NCBI GenBank assembly: GCA_043747615.1
Contig: JAYTOU010000003.1
Location: 185,544-249,543 of the forward strand
Length of the DNA stretch: 64,000 nt
DNA from: Myxococcales bacterium
Lineage (GTDB): Bacteria > Myxococcota_A > Polyangia > Polyangiales > Polyangiaceae
Direction: 5' to 3'
Shown: in pieces, positions 50,263 to 59,836 of the stretch
Layout of the letters: each line of letters opens with the position of its first letter
Numbering within the stretch: position 1 is the first letter of the stretch
Program-made: the position numbers and the translations under genes
Notes under the pieces: model-generated
Databases searched by the model: none
Seen by the model: only the letters and a program-made list of their open reading frames with translations
What the model was told of the DNA's origin: nothing

Positions 50263-51561
50263 GTGTTCCACGCCGAGTCACACTCTTCGAAGACGCTTCG
50301 CCGCGTGTTCATCACCGGGGTGGGTGTCGTCAGCTCGATCGGTCTCGGGAAGGAAGAATTTTTTCAGAGTCTCGCCGCCGGCAAGAGCGGCATCTCGCCC
50401 GTCGAGTCCTTCAACGCTGCGAACCTCGGTCGCCAATACGCTGGGGAAGTGAAAGCGTTTCGCGCGAGCGATCATCTCACCGCTGCCGAGTCGCGCCTGA
50501 CCGGCCGCTGCTCTGCCATGACCCTCGCCGCTGCGCGCATGGCCATCAAGGACGCTGAAATTCCCATCGAATCGCTCCGCGGCCCCCGAACGGCGGTGGT
50601 GCTCGGGACGACGATGGGCGAGGCGAACATCATCGCCGATCTCGATCACCAGTTCATTGCTCGCGGCGCGCGCGGCGTGAAGCGCTCGCTCGTTCCGAAA
50701 TATGGAGCGACTCTCCTTCCGATTCACGTGGCCCGCGCGGTCGGCGCGCAGGGCATGGTGCTCACCCTTCCGGGAGCCTGCGCGGCCGGCAACTACGCCA
50801 TCGGGTTCGGAGCGGATCTCATTCGCTCCGGTCGCGCCGACGTCGTGATCAGCGGCGCCTCCGAGGTCATCCAGGAGCTTCAATTCAGCGGCTTCGTGCG
50901 TCTCGCGGCGATGGCGACGGAGAGGTGCCAACCCTTCGACCTCAATCGTCAAGGCCTCCTCGTCGGGGAAGGCTCGGGCCTTCTCATCCTCGAATCCGAG
51001 GAGCACGCCCTGCGGCGCGGAGCCAGATTGCAAGCGGAGGTTGGCGGTTACGGTTTGTCGTGCGACGCGTACCACATCACCCGTCCGCAGCCCGAGGCCA
51101 CGGGCAGCATCCGCGCCATGCGCGACGCGATTACTCAGGCTGGGCTCGAGCCGAAAGACGTCGACTTCGTCAACGCTCATGGAACAGGAACCCGCGCCAA
51201 CGACCTTGCCGAAGCCAAGGTGATGCGTGAAGTATTCGCGGAGCGAAAGGTCCCGATCTCGAGCATGAAGGGAATGATCGGGCACTGCATGGGCGCCTCG
51301 AGCGCGCTCGAAGCAATCGCCTGCATCCTCACGTTGGAGACAGGGATCTACCCTCCGACCATCGGCTACGAAACCCCGGATCCGGAGTGCGACGTGGAGC
51401 TCGTGGCGAACGTCGCGCGGCAAGGAAAAGCCGACGTCGTGCTGAACAACTCCCTGGCGTTCGGCGGCTACAATGCTGTCGCGTGCTTTGCTCGACCGGG
51501 TGTCCTTCCACCGCCGATGCGCCGCCGCATGCCCGCGTTCGCGCCCGCACGGACGGGCTGA
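50263..51561 (+). CDS. Beta-ketoacyl-ACP synthase (active KS; start uncertain)
   Basis: RVFITGVG, GACAAG (Cys), NAHGTGT and GHCMGA (His-His), NNSLAFGG. Confidence 0.92.
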   Translation: MFHAESHSSKTLRRVFITGVGVVSSIGLGKEEFFQSLAAGKSGISPVESFNAANLGRQYAGEVKAFRASDHLTAAESRLTGRCSAMTLAAARMAIKDAEIPIESLRGPRTAVVLGTTMGEANIIADLDHQFIARGARGVKRSLVPKYGATLLPIHVARAVGAQGMVLTLPGACAAGNYAIGFGADLIRSGRADVVISGASEVIQELQFSGFVRLAAMATERCQPFDLNRQGLLVGEGSGLLILESEEHALRRGARLQAEVGGYGLSCDAYHITRPQPEATGSIRAMRDAITQAGLEPKDVDFVNAHGTGTRANDLAEAKVMREVFAERKVPISSMKGMIGHCMGASSALEAIACILTLETGIYPPTIGYETPDPECDVELVANVARQGKADVVLNNSLAFGGYNAVACFARPGVLPPPMRRRMPAFAPARTG

Positions 51562-51562
51562 C

Positions 51563-52723
51563 GTGAGACTCGCGGTCACGGGGCTCGGTGTTGCCTCGGC
51601 GGTCGGTGTCGGCCGGGAGGTCTTTTTTCGTGCCCTCCACGAACCGACGTTGCTCGAAAATTTGCCAGCGCGGCCGATCGAATCGTTCGACGCCACTCCC
51701 CATCCCGACGCGCGCGTCGCCGAGGTATTAGACTTCGACCCCACCCGCTACCTCGGCGACAAGGGGCTCCGCACACTCGACCGATTGACGAAGCTCCTCA
51801 TCGTCTCGGCTCGTTTGGCGATGCACGATGCGGGCTTCAAGAAAGACGGCGCTTACGTGCACGGGACGGCAGAGCGCGTGGGCATCTGCTGCTCCAACGC
51901 CTACGGCAGCCTCGAAGCCATGAACGAGCTCGATCGCGTGGCCCAGCTGGAAGATGCAAGATACATCAATCCCGCGAAGTTCCCGAACACCGTGAGCAAC
52001 AGCGCGTGCGGCTACGCCAGCATCTGGGAAGATTTGCGCGCCCTCAACGTCACCGTCTCGGACGGCAACTGCGGCGCGCTCGACGCTGTTGCTTGCGCGG
52101 ACGTCTATCTCGAGAACGGCCGGGCCGATGCGCTCCTCGTTGGCGGCGTAGAGTCCATGAGCGAAGCGATCTACGTTGCGTTCAGCCGGCTCGGCGCGTT
52201 CGCGGAAGGGACGCACCAGCTCGGTGAAGGGGCAGCGCTCTTCGCCCTCGAGCCCCTCGAGCTCGCGCGCGCGCGGCAGGCAAACGTTCGCGCCGAGGTC
52301 ACCGGCTACGGGACGTCGTTCATCTCGCCACCGGCCGACGAGCAGCTCCTCTTCGCCTCGACCGAAGCGATGGAGCGCGCCATCGTCGCCGCGCTTGCCG
52401 ACGCCGGCGTGACGCCCGATGCGGTGGACGCCGTGGCGAGCGGGATCTCCGGCCTCCGCCCCTTCGACGACGCGGAGCTCCACGCGCTCCACGCCGTTCT
52501 CGGAAGAGAGATCGCCGTCGCTGCGCCGAAGAGGATCCTCGGCGAAACGCTCGGGGCCGCAGGTGCGCTCGCAATGGCGACGGCGCTCGCCTGGTTCGAA
52601 GGAGCGCCCGTGGCTCCGCTCGCTTCGGGCACGATGCCCGAGCGTGAGGTGAAGACGGTGCTCGTCACCGCGATGGGCTTCTACGGCAATGCATCTGCCG
52701 TCGTCATGAGGAAGCCGTGCTAG
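51563..52723 (+). CDS. Catalytically inactive KS homolog (chain-length-factor-like)
   Basis: KS fold (LAVTGLG, GEGAA, PAKFPNTVSN), but DGNCGA, SGISG and LGETLG replace the Cys/His/His motifs. Confidence 0.85.
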   Translation: MRLAVTGLGVASAVGVGREVFFRALHEPTLLENLPARPIESFDATPHPDARVAEVLDFDPTRYLGDKGLRTLDRLTKLLIVSARLAMHDAGFKKDGAYVHGTAERVGICCSNAYGSLEAMNELDRVAQLEDARYINPAKFPNTVSNSACGYASIWEDLRALNVTVSDGNCGALDAVACADVYLENGRADALLVGGVESMSEAIYVAFSRLGAFAEGTHQLGEGAALFALEPLELARARQANVRAEVTGYGTSFISPPADEQLLFASTEAMERAIVAALADAGVTPDAVDAVASGISGLRPFDDAELHALHAVLGREIAVAAPKRILGETLGAAGALAMATALAWFEGAPVAPLASGTMPEREVKTVLVTAMGFYGNASAVVMRKPC

Positions 52724-52745
52724 TCGTCTCGACAAGGAGAATACC

Positions 52746-53975
52746 GTGAGCTGGATCGACATCAAGGCGCACGCGGATCTCGCGCGCATCCGCGAAGCAC
52801 GAGAAAAACAGGTCTATCCGTACTTTCGTCAGTTCGAGACGGGGGGCCTCCACACCACCATTGCGGGCGCGCCGGTCATCAACTTCAGCTCGAACGACTA
52901 CCTCGGGCTCACCAATCATCCGCGCGTAAAGGAAGCTGCCCGCAAGGCGGTCGACAAGTACGCCTGCGGACTATCGAGCTCACGCGTGCAAGCTACGACG
53001 GTGGAGCACGTGGCCCTCGAGGAACGCCTCGCTAAGTGGTTCGGCTTCGAGAAGTGCCTGACGTTCACCACCGGGTACCAAGCCATGCTTGGAGCGATCG
53101 TCTCGATCGCCGACAAGGACACCACCCTCATCCTCGACAGCTTCAGTCACGCGTGCATTCTCGATGGGTCCTTTCTCGCGGCCGGTATTCCTGGGCGCGC
53201 TCCCGAGATCCGATTCTTCAATCACAACTCAGCGCGCAGCTTGGAGCGCATTCTCAAGACGCGCGAGCGCAAGAACGCCCTCGTGGTCGTCGAGGGGATC
53301 TATTCGCTCGACGGCGACCGCGCGCACTTGAAAGAGTTCGTCGAAATCTGCGCCCGGTACGACGCCGTCATGATCGTCGACGACGCGCACGGCACGGGGA
53401 CGCTCGGCACGCGCGGCACAGGAATTCTCGAGGAAATGGCGCTTCTCGGGCAGGTACCGGTGGTCGTCTCCACCTTCTCGAAGACGTTCGGCGGCATCGG
53501 CGGAATTCTCCTCGGGAGCGAGGAAGTGGTGGAGCTAGTGCAGCACAACGCGCGAAGCTTCCTCTTCAGCGCGTCCTTGCCGGTGCCGGTCGTCGCGGCC
53601 GCGTCGACCATTCTCGACATGCTCGAAGAGAGCGGTCCGGCGATGGTGCAAGAGCTCCATCAGAAGGCGGGCTACTTCCGCAACGAGCTCACCACGGCGG
53701 GCTTCGATCTCGGAGCCAGCAACACCCACATCATGCCGGTCATGTGCCGCGACGAGCGGAAGACTCTCTTCATGCACGTGGCGCTTCTCGAGTGCGGCGT
53801 GCTCATGGTCCCCATCACCTACCCGGCGGTGAAGAACGGCGAAGAGCGCCTCCGCGTCAACGTGACCCGCGGCCATACGCAGGAAGACATGGACACCGCG
53901 CTCGGTCTTCTCAAGAGCTACGGCGAGGCGTTCTACGTTCTGTCGGGCGACGACCTCGGCCCGATGGAAGCCTAG
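52746..53975 (+). CDS. PLP-dependent alpha-oxoamine synthase (serine palmitoyltransferase-like)
   Basis: FSSNDYLGL, TTGYQA, HACILDG, FNHN, EGIYSLDGD, DDAH, TFSKTFG (PLP Lys); AAGGAG RBS. Confidence 0.88.
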   Translation: MSWIDIKAHADLARIREAREKQVYPYFRQFETGGLHTTIAGAPVINFSSNDYLGLTNHPRVKEAARKAVDKYACGLSSSRVQATTVEHVALEERLAKWFGFEKCLTFTTGYQAMLGAIVSIADKDTTLILDSFSHACILDGSFLAAGIPGRAPEIRFFNHNSARSLERILKTRERKNALVVVEGIYSLDGDRAHLKEFVEICARYDAVMIVDDAHGTGTLGTRGTGILEEMALLGQVPVVVSTFSKTFGGIGGILLGSEEVVELVQHNARSFLFSASLPVPVVAAASTILDMLEESGPAMVQELHQKAGYFRNELTTAGFDLGASNTHIMPVMCRDERKTLFMHVALLECGVLMVPITYPAVKNGEERLRVNVTRGHTQEDMDTALGLLKSYGEAFYVLSGDDLGPMEA

Positions 53976-54223
53976 CTGTTCGCGGGCTTCAGCTTGACCA
54001 AGGCGCGGGCGACGTCTTCCACGGTGAGCATGTTCGCGAGCATCTCGTTCGGGATGTTCACGTTGAACTTGTCTTCGATGTCCGCCACGACTTCCATGAC
54101 GCCCAGGCTGTCGAGCCCGAGATCGTTCTGGATGTGATCGCTCGGGAGAATTGCGCGACCGACGTCGACATGGTTTTTCAGGATGTCGGTCGTCGTTTGC
54201 AGGGTGTCGTTGTACGTCGGCAT
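53972..54223 (-). CDS. Acyl carrier protein (ACP3)
   Basis: DLGLDSLGVMEVVADIEDKF. Confidence 0.9.
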   Translation of the reverse strand: MPTYNDTLQTTTDILKNHVDVGRAILPSDHIQNDLGLDSLGVMEVVADIEDKFNVNIPNEMLANMLTVEDVARALVKLKPANS

Positions 54224-54257
54224 GGGGGACGAGCGTAGCAAATCGCGGAAGCGCCGC

Positions 54258-54857
54258 TCATGAAACGACCAACGACGCTCGGATGACCTTCGCGACCTCG
54301 CCCGCGTCCGAGGTCTCCATGAGCGCGCGAATCAGGGCAACGCCGTACGCTCCAGCTTGTGCGCAGCCCCCCGCGTTCGAGGCATCGACGCCGCCCAATG
54401 CGTAGATGACGATCGGGAGATGAGCGACGCGAGCGATGGCCGAAACGCCGCGCGGTGCTTGTTTTCCAGGCGTCGCGAAGATCGGGCTCACCAGCGCCGC
54501 ATGCGCACCCCGAGCGCTCGCCCGCGTCACGTCCGCGTCTTCGTGAGCCGCCACCGATACCCATGTGAACGCGGCGTCCGCGGCAGATGACGGGAGGTGG
54601 AGACCGTCGGCCTCGACCTCCCGGCCGAGCGCGGCGTCGGCGTTCACGATCAACCCCACACCAAGATCGCGCGTCAGGCGGCGGAGCGCGAACGCGCGCG
54701 TGCGGAGTCGCCCCGGCGATGCCTCTTTGTCGCGGAGCTGGACGGCGAAGGAGCTCGGTTCAATGGCGCGCGAAACGGTCTCGATCACCGCGTCGACCCG
54801 GTCATCGGCATACGCGGGATCCGCGATTAAGATGAGGCGCGGCGCGAAGACGCGCAC
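54258..54857 (-). CDS. thiE: Thiamine-phosphate synthase/TenI family protein
   Basis: VQLRDK, LIVN, ADGLHLP, SPIFATPGK, YALGGV. It could be TenI-like. Confidence 0.7.
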   Translation of the reverse strand: MRVFAPRLILIADPAYADDRVDAVIETVSRAIEPSSFAVQLRDKEASPGRLRTRAFALRRLTRDLGVGLIVNADAALGREVEADGLHLPSSAADAAFTWVSVAAHEDADVTRASARGAHAALVSPIFATPGKQAPRGVSAIARVAHLPIVIYALGGVDASNAGGCAQAGAYGVALIRALMETSDAGEVAKVIRASLVVS

Positions 54858-54861
54858 GGAG

Positions 54862-55161
54862 CTATTTTCCGCCGTCGGCTTCGACGCCGAGAGACGCGGC
54901 GCCCGCGGTTGCTGCGTATTTTCCGGCGAGCTCGTCTCGGGCCGCGGCTGCATGACGAGAGGAAGGATACTTTTCAACGAGGTAGGTGAGCGTGCCACGC
55001 GCCGCCGCTTCGTCGTGGTGCGCGTGAAAATCCTGAGCAAGGTCCCAGAGCGCGTCTCCCGGTGAGTCCTCACGCCGCTCGTTCGGATCGGGCCTGTGCG
55101 CGCACTGGAATGGCGCAAACGCGAGGGAGAGCACGCCGGCGAGAAGAGCAACCCTGACCAT
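54862..55161 (-). CDS. Small TPR-like exported protein (99 aa)
   Basis: Hydrophobic leader with Cys; DALWDLA...LVEKYPSSRHA TPR-type motif; TGATG coupling to thiG. Confidence 0.6.
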   Translation of the reverse strand: MVRVALLAGVLSLAFAPFQCAHRPDPNERREDSPGDALWDLAQDFHAHHDEAAARGTLTYLVEKYPSSRHAAAARDELAGKYAATAGAASLGVEADGGK

Positions 55162-55949
55162 CACTCGATAAGTCCGCCCGTGGGACTGGAGGCATTGGCA
55201 TAGCGCGACTTCGGCATGCGGCCGGCGAGAAATGCCTTTCGCCCCGCCCCTACCGCTTCGCGCATCGCCGCTGCCATGAGCACAGGATCTTTGGCGTGGG
55301 CGATGGCGGTGTTCATCAAGATACCCTGGCAGCCGAGCTCCATCGCGACCGCCGCGTCGCTCGCCGTTCCCACGCCTGCATCGACGATCACCGGAATCTT
55401 TGCCTGCTCCAGGATGATGCTCAGGTTGTGGGGGTTGCGAATGCCGAGCCCGCTTCCGATCGGCGCTGCGAGGGGCATCACCGCCGCGCATCCCGCGTCC
55501 TCGAGCTTTCGACAAAGAATCGGATCGTCGATGCAGTACGGCAGGACGACGAACCCCTCCTTCACCAGGATCTTCGCGGCCTCGAGCGTCTGCTCGTTGT
55601 CGGGGTAGAGCGTCTTTGCGTCACCGATTACCTCGAGCTTCACCATCTCGGCGATGCCGAGCTCTCGCGCCAGACGAAGGGTGCGCACAGCTTCATCGGC
55701 CGTGAAGCATCCGGCGGTGTTTGGTAGAAGGAGCCAGCTCTTCTTCTTCGTCAGCAGCGTCATCAGCGAACCGCTCGAGCGATCTTTGAGATCGACTCGG
55801 CGGAGCGCGACGGTGACGATCTGCGCGCCTGAAGCATCGATCGCCCGCTCTGTCTCCTCGACGCTCTTGTATTTGCCGGTGCCGACGATAAGCCGGCTTT
55901 CGAAGCTCTTTCCGGCGATGATCAGCCGGTCATCGGAGGGGAGAGTCAT
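55161..55949 (-). CDS. thiG: Thiazole synthase
   Basis: [47 protein letters not shown]. Confidence 0.97.
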   Translation of the reverse strand: MTLPSDDRLIIAGKSFESRLIVGTGKYKSVEETERAIDASGAQIVTVALRRVDLKDRSSGSLMTLLTKKKSWLLLPNTAGCFTADEAVRTLRLARELGIAEMVKLEVIGDAKTLYPDNEQTLEAAKILVKEGFVVLPYCIDDPILCRKLEDAGCAAVMPLAAPIGSGLGIRNPHNLSIILEQAKIPVIVDAGVGTASDAAVAMELGCQGILMNTAIAHAKDPVLMAAAMREAVGAGRKAFLAGRMPKSRYANASSPTGGLIE

Positions 55950-55964
55950 TCCCTGCGTGATACG

Positions 55965-56813
55965 TTAGCTGGCGGGCGTCCGCCACCTCCGATGGAGCCA
56001 CAACCATGACGAGGGGTAGTTTCGCACGTGGGCGTCAAGGGCTCGCGTCGCGCGCACCGTGGCCTCGCGAATCCACGCAGGCCCGGCATGCGCAGGCGGG
56101 GCAATTACATCGAGCACCGCGATGCGATGGATTCCATTCTCGTCCCGCCGCGACGCTGCGACGACCAACGGAGAACCCGCCTTGGCGGCGAGCGTGGCCG
56201 GCGCCTTGTCGACGAACGCCGTGCGGCCGAGAAATTCCGTTTCGATGCCATGCCGGCGTGCGAGCGGAACTTGATCGATCATCATAACGACGGCGCCGCC
56301 TTGCTCGAGGGCCGCGCGACCACGGGCGATCGCGCCGTGCGCCAAGCAAAGATCCACGCCGTACGACGCGCGCGTCCCCTGCCAGAAGGCATCGATGCCG
56401 CGGGCCGAGAGGCTCTTGGTCACCACCAGGAGCGGTAATTCATGGGCGATTGCGCACGCCGCAAGGTCCCAGTTTCCGGTGTGGCTCCCGGCGAAGACAA
56501 AGCCCGCGCCAGCCTCGTGAAGAGAGCCGATCACCTCGCGCGATCCGCCGTCGAACGCGACGATGTCTTCGAAACGCACCGCGCTTTGCCCCCGACCGGC
56601 GAGCCATAAGAATTCGAGAGCGCCTGCGCCCAGCGACACATACATGCCCGCGGCGTGCTCTACGGCAACGCCGGAAGTGCGCATCGCGTCTTCGACATGG
56701 CTGCGCCGGATGCGGAGCACGCTCCCCACAAGCCAACCGAGTGCGGCGCCGAGCGGCGCGAGCCAGGCGTACGGCAACCTCGCGATGAGCCACGCGAGGG
56801 CGCGCCAGATCAC
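55965..56813 (-). CDS. Lipid A late acyltransferase-like (LpxL/HtrB family)
   Basis: HTGNWD (HxxxxD), MIDQ, EFLG, PSSWLWLHRRW. Confidence 0.85.
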   Translation of the reverse strand: MIWRALAWLIARLPYAWLAPLGAALGWLVGSVLRIRRSHVEDAMRTSGVAVEHAAGMYVSLGAGALEFLWLAGRGQSAVRFEDIVAFDGGSREVIGSLHEAGAGFVFAGSHTGNWDLAACAIAHELPLLVVTKSLSARGIDAFWQGTRASYGVDLCLAHGAIARGRAALEQGGAVVMMIDQVPLARRHGIETEFLGRTAFVDKAPATLAAKAGSPLVVAASRRDENGIHRIAVLDVIAPPAHAGPAWIREATVRATRALDAHVRNYPSSWLWLHRRWRTPAS

Positions 56814-56835
56814 CCGAGCCTCACCTTATAACGCC

Positions 56836-57129
56836 TCAGCCGAAGCCGGCGCGACGAGCAGGCTGACCGACGCCGCCCTCCACGCCGACCGCGAAAATGT
56901 CAGCGCGGGCGATGGCGTAGAGCTCGCGCTTCGCCGTTCGCGCGTAGACGAGCTCACCGTCGAGCCTTACCGCTTCGACCCGGGAGACCGTGAGGCTCAC
57001 CCCGTTGTGGGCGACGTAGAAGGTCACCGTCCCGCCCTCGGGGAGCGCTGTGTAGCCGTCTTTGTCTGATTTGCTCTGCGCTTGCTTGAGGATGGCTTCG
57101 AGATGCTCGCCGGTCATGGTGTAGACCAT
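56836..57129 (-). CDS. Hypothetical protein (~93-97 aa)
   Basis: Compact ORF with typical codon use filling the gap; ends RRAGFG. Confidence 0.65.
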   Translation of the reverse strand: MVYTMTGEHLEAILKQAQSKSDKDGYTALPEGGTVTFYVAHNGVSLTVSRVEAVRLDGELVYARTAKRELYAIARADIFAVGVEGGVGQPARRAGFG

Positions 57130-57140
57130 AGGTTAGAAGC

Positions 57141-58004
57141 ATGGCGGCGGGATCAAAAAATGGCGGCAGCCCTAATGCCGCGCAGGAGCAGCCGCCGATG
57201 GCGGAGGGCGCGCCCACGGCCGACGAGATCGTCGCGCTCCGGAACGTGCGCAAAGAGTTCGATGGAAAAGAGGTCCTCAAAGGGATCAGCTTCAGCACGA
57301 AGCGCGGAGAGACGACGGTCATCATCGGCGGATCGGGTGCCGGTAAGACCACGCTCCTCCGCCACATCGTGGCTCTCGAGCAGCCGACGAGCGGGCAAGT
57401 GTTCATCGACGGCGTGGACATCGTCGGCAAGAGCGACAGCGAGCTCAATGTCGTGCGCCGGAAATTCGGAATGGTCTACCAGTACGCGGCTCTCCTCGAC
57501 TCCATCAACGTCCTTGAAAACGTGGCATTTCCGCTGGTGGAGCACACCAAGCTCTCCAAGAAAGAGATTCGCGACAGGGTGATGGAGAAGCTGAAAATTC
57601 TCGGCCTCGACGAAGGCGTGGAGAAGAAGTTTCCGAGCCAGCTCTCCGGCGGTATGCGCAAGCGGGTGGGAATGGCGCGCGCCCTGATGCTCGAGCCGCC
57701 GATCCTCGTGTACGACGAGCCGACCAGCGGTCTCGATCCGCTCACCAGCCGGATGGTCGACGACCTCATCGATGAAATGCGGGTGCGCTTCAACGTCACC
57801 AGCGTCGTCATTTCCCACGACATCGCGAGCTGCTTTCGCATTGCCCACCAAGCCATTTTGCTCATTCGCGGAGAGATCGTGGCCCGGGGAAGGCCCGACG
57901 ACCTCGCGCACGGCGACAGCGAAGTCGCGCGCGACTTCATTCAAAAATCGGGCGTCGACGTCGAAAACCTCTCCCGGGTGGCGGCCGATCCGCGCCCCGC
58001 CTAA
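57141..58004 (+). CDS. ABC transporter ATPase, MlaF/Mkl family
   Basis: GGSGAGKT, FGMVYQYAALLDS..V.ENVAFPL, LSGGMRKRVG, YDEPTSGLDP, ISHD. Confidence 0.9.
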   Translation: MAAGSKNGGSPNAAQEQPPMAEGAPTADEIVALRNVRKEFDGKEVLKGISFSTKRGETTVIIGGSGAGKTTLLRHIVALEQPTSGQVFIDGVDIVGKSDSELNVVRRKFGMVYQYAALLDSINVLENVAFPLVEHTKLSKKEIRDRVMEKLKILGLDEGVEKKFPSQLSGGMRKRVGMARALMLEPPILVYDEPTSGLDPLTSRMVDDLIDEMRVRFNVTSVVISHDIASCFRIAHQAILLIRGEIVARGRPDDLAHGDSEVARDFIQKSGVDVENLSRVAADPRPA

Positions 58005-58015
58005 GCTCGGGGAGC

Positions 58016-58882
58016 ATGCAGCCGCTTCCGCCGCCGTTCATCGCTCCGTATCCGGGAGGTAGAATCGGCCCGCCCCCCGCCGGCACGGAGTCGAAGGCGT
58101 CCATCGCGCTCATTCTCGGCATCTTAAGCCTGTTCTGTTTCGGCATCCTTTCCGGCATTCCGGCGATCATTCTCGGCTTCATGGCTCGCCGCGACATCGC
58201 GCGCTCCGGACAGACCCTCGGCGGCGGCGGAATGGCGCTGGGCGGCATCGTGACCGGCGCGCTCGGGTCTCTGATGAGCCTAGCGACCGTTGGCGTCATG
58301 ATCTTCGCGACCGTGGCAGCCACACGCGGAGCTTCCACATACACGCCACCCATGCTCCCCATGACCACGAGCGGCGTCACCGGCGCGCCGCCGAAGGTCA
58401 CCGCTGTGGGCGCCATCAAGGTGGTGGAGCTCTCCACATCAGGAGGTCCGCTCGAGGCTCAGCTCACGGAAGAGCGCAGGCACGCGCTTGGCGAAGGGAG
58501 CAGCCTCCTCGTCGAGACCACGGCGAGCTGGAGCTCCGAGTGCAAGGAAATCTCCGCTGTCCTCTACGACGCGCGGATGCAAAAGGCGCTCGACCACGTG
58601 ACGCTCGTCCGCGTCGACGTCGACGCCTTCGCCTCAGACCTGACTGCGCTCAAGATGCACACGGGCAGCGTTCCCTTCTTCTTCAAGGTCGACGCGGCAG
58701 CGCATCCCATCGACTCGATCAGCGGCGACGAGTGGGACGACAACACGGCCGCGAACATCGCGCCCGTCTTGGACTCGTTTCTCCACGGGACCCTCGCTGC
58801 GCCCCGAAAGCGCTCGAATTCCCATTCGGGAGACGCGGTGCCGAAAGTTGGCGCGCCGAAGTCGAGCGGCGCGAGTTTATAG
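58016..58882 (+). CDS. DUF4190 membrane domain fused to a thioredoxin-like fold
   Basis: ASIALILGILS...PAIILG...ARRDI..G..GGGMALGG; TASWSSEC, LVRVDVD, SVPFF. Confidence 0.75.
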   Translation: MQPLPPPFIAPYPGGRIGPPPAGTESKASIALILGILSLFCFGILSGIPAIILGFMARRDIARSGQTLGGGGMALGGIVTGALGSLMSLATVGVMIFATVAATRGASTYTPPMLPMTTSGVTGAPPKVTAVGAIKVVELSTSGGPLEAQLTEERRHALGEGSSLLVETTASWSSECKEISAVLYDARMQKALDHVTLVRVDVDAFASDLTALKMHTGSVPFFFKVDAAAHPIDSISGDEWDDNTAANIAPVLDSFLHGTLAAPRKRSNSHSGDAVPKVGAPKSSGASL

Positions 58883-58917
58883 CCCGCAGCGCCTCCCTGC
58901 GGAAACGTACGAGCGCT

Positions 58918-59829
58918 TTAAAGCTGGGAGGCCGCTTCTCGCATGGTAACGAACGCGTACCCGGCGCGCCGTAGGGTATCGAACACGGCATGAAGGGCTT
59001 CGAGCTTTCGCGCCACCGGCACGCGTATGTCTGGCTGAAAAGGCCTCAGCTCCTCGAGGCCGTCAGACGCGTCGAGCACGTCGATCCCGTGCAGCTCGAG
59101 ATTGATGAGCGGATCACCGACACACATCTGGGCAAGCCACCGCGCACGCGTTGGACCGGCGAGCGTGACCGAGGTGCCGATGAACGGCAGCCGCAAACCA
59201 CGTGTAACCTGCACGGGAAGTTCGAGGAGTCCGGTGCCTCTCTGCCAGTACGGTTTTCCGACGCGGTACGGACGCGTGGGAGCGGCGAGCACGAGCGGCG
59301 TGTCAACGACCGAGCGGCTCGTTCGACCACGCACGGTGATCGCCCCGATGGCCATGGTCTTTGCGGCCCAGTACGCAGGGCATGGAAAAACAGAAGAGTC
59401 GTAGGCTACTCCGAGAGAGGTCAGGGCCTCGAAGACCGTGTCCGTGATGGTGTATCCCGGCGCGCGAAAACCCACGGGGCGCTCCCCCACGGCGTCAAAA
59501 ATCGCCTGAGCCCCTTGCTCGATCTGCGCGGTAATTTCACAGAGCCCGAGCTTGGTCAGATCGTAGCGATGGTCGAGCGAATGGTTCGCGATCTCGAAGC
59601 CATCCGTGTGCGCTGCGCGCAGTCGCTCTGCCGCCGCTGGACGCGCAAGATCTCGTCCGATGGTGAAGAGCGTGAGCGGCAGCCCGGCATCCTTCGCCAT
59701 CCGCGACAGGCGATCGATCGCCACGTCATAAACCGCGGACTTCGCTGACCCTTGCGGATCGCGAAGCCCGTGGATTTGGTAGTAGTTCGGGATCTCGTCG
59801 AGATCCACGCTGACGGCGCAAAGCCGCAT
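58918..59829 (-). CDS. Polysaccharide deacetylase family protein
   Basis: SVDLD, TLFTIG, EIANHSLDH, GFRAPGY, YDSS. Confidence 0.85.
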   Translation of the reverse strand: MRLCAVSVDLDEIPNYYQIHGLRDPQGSAKSAVYDVAIDRLSRMAKDAGLPLTLFTIGRDLARPAAAERLRAAHTDGFEIANHSLDHRYDLTKLGLCEITAQIEQGAQAIFDAVGERPVGFRAPGYTITDTVFEALTSLGVAYDSSVFPCPAYWAAKTMAIGAITVRGRTSRSVVDTPLVLAAPTRPYRVGKPYWQRGTGLLELPVQVTRGLRLPFIGTSVTLAGPTRARWLAQMCVGDPLINLELHGIDVLDASDGLEELRPFQPDIRVPVARKLEALHAVFDTLRRAGYAFVTMREAASQL

Positions 59830-59836
59830 AGAGGAC

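Noticed and set aside
52746..53975. Calling the oxoamine synthase bioF
   Set aside because: No biotin genes are nearby, and it is operonic with KS/CLF and next to an ACP. The symbol is withheld pending phylogeny.
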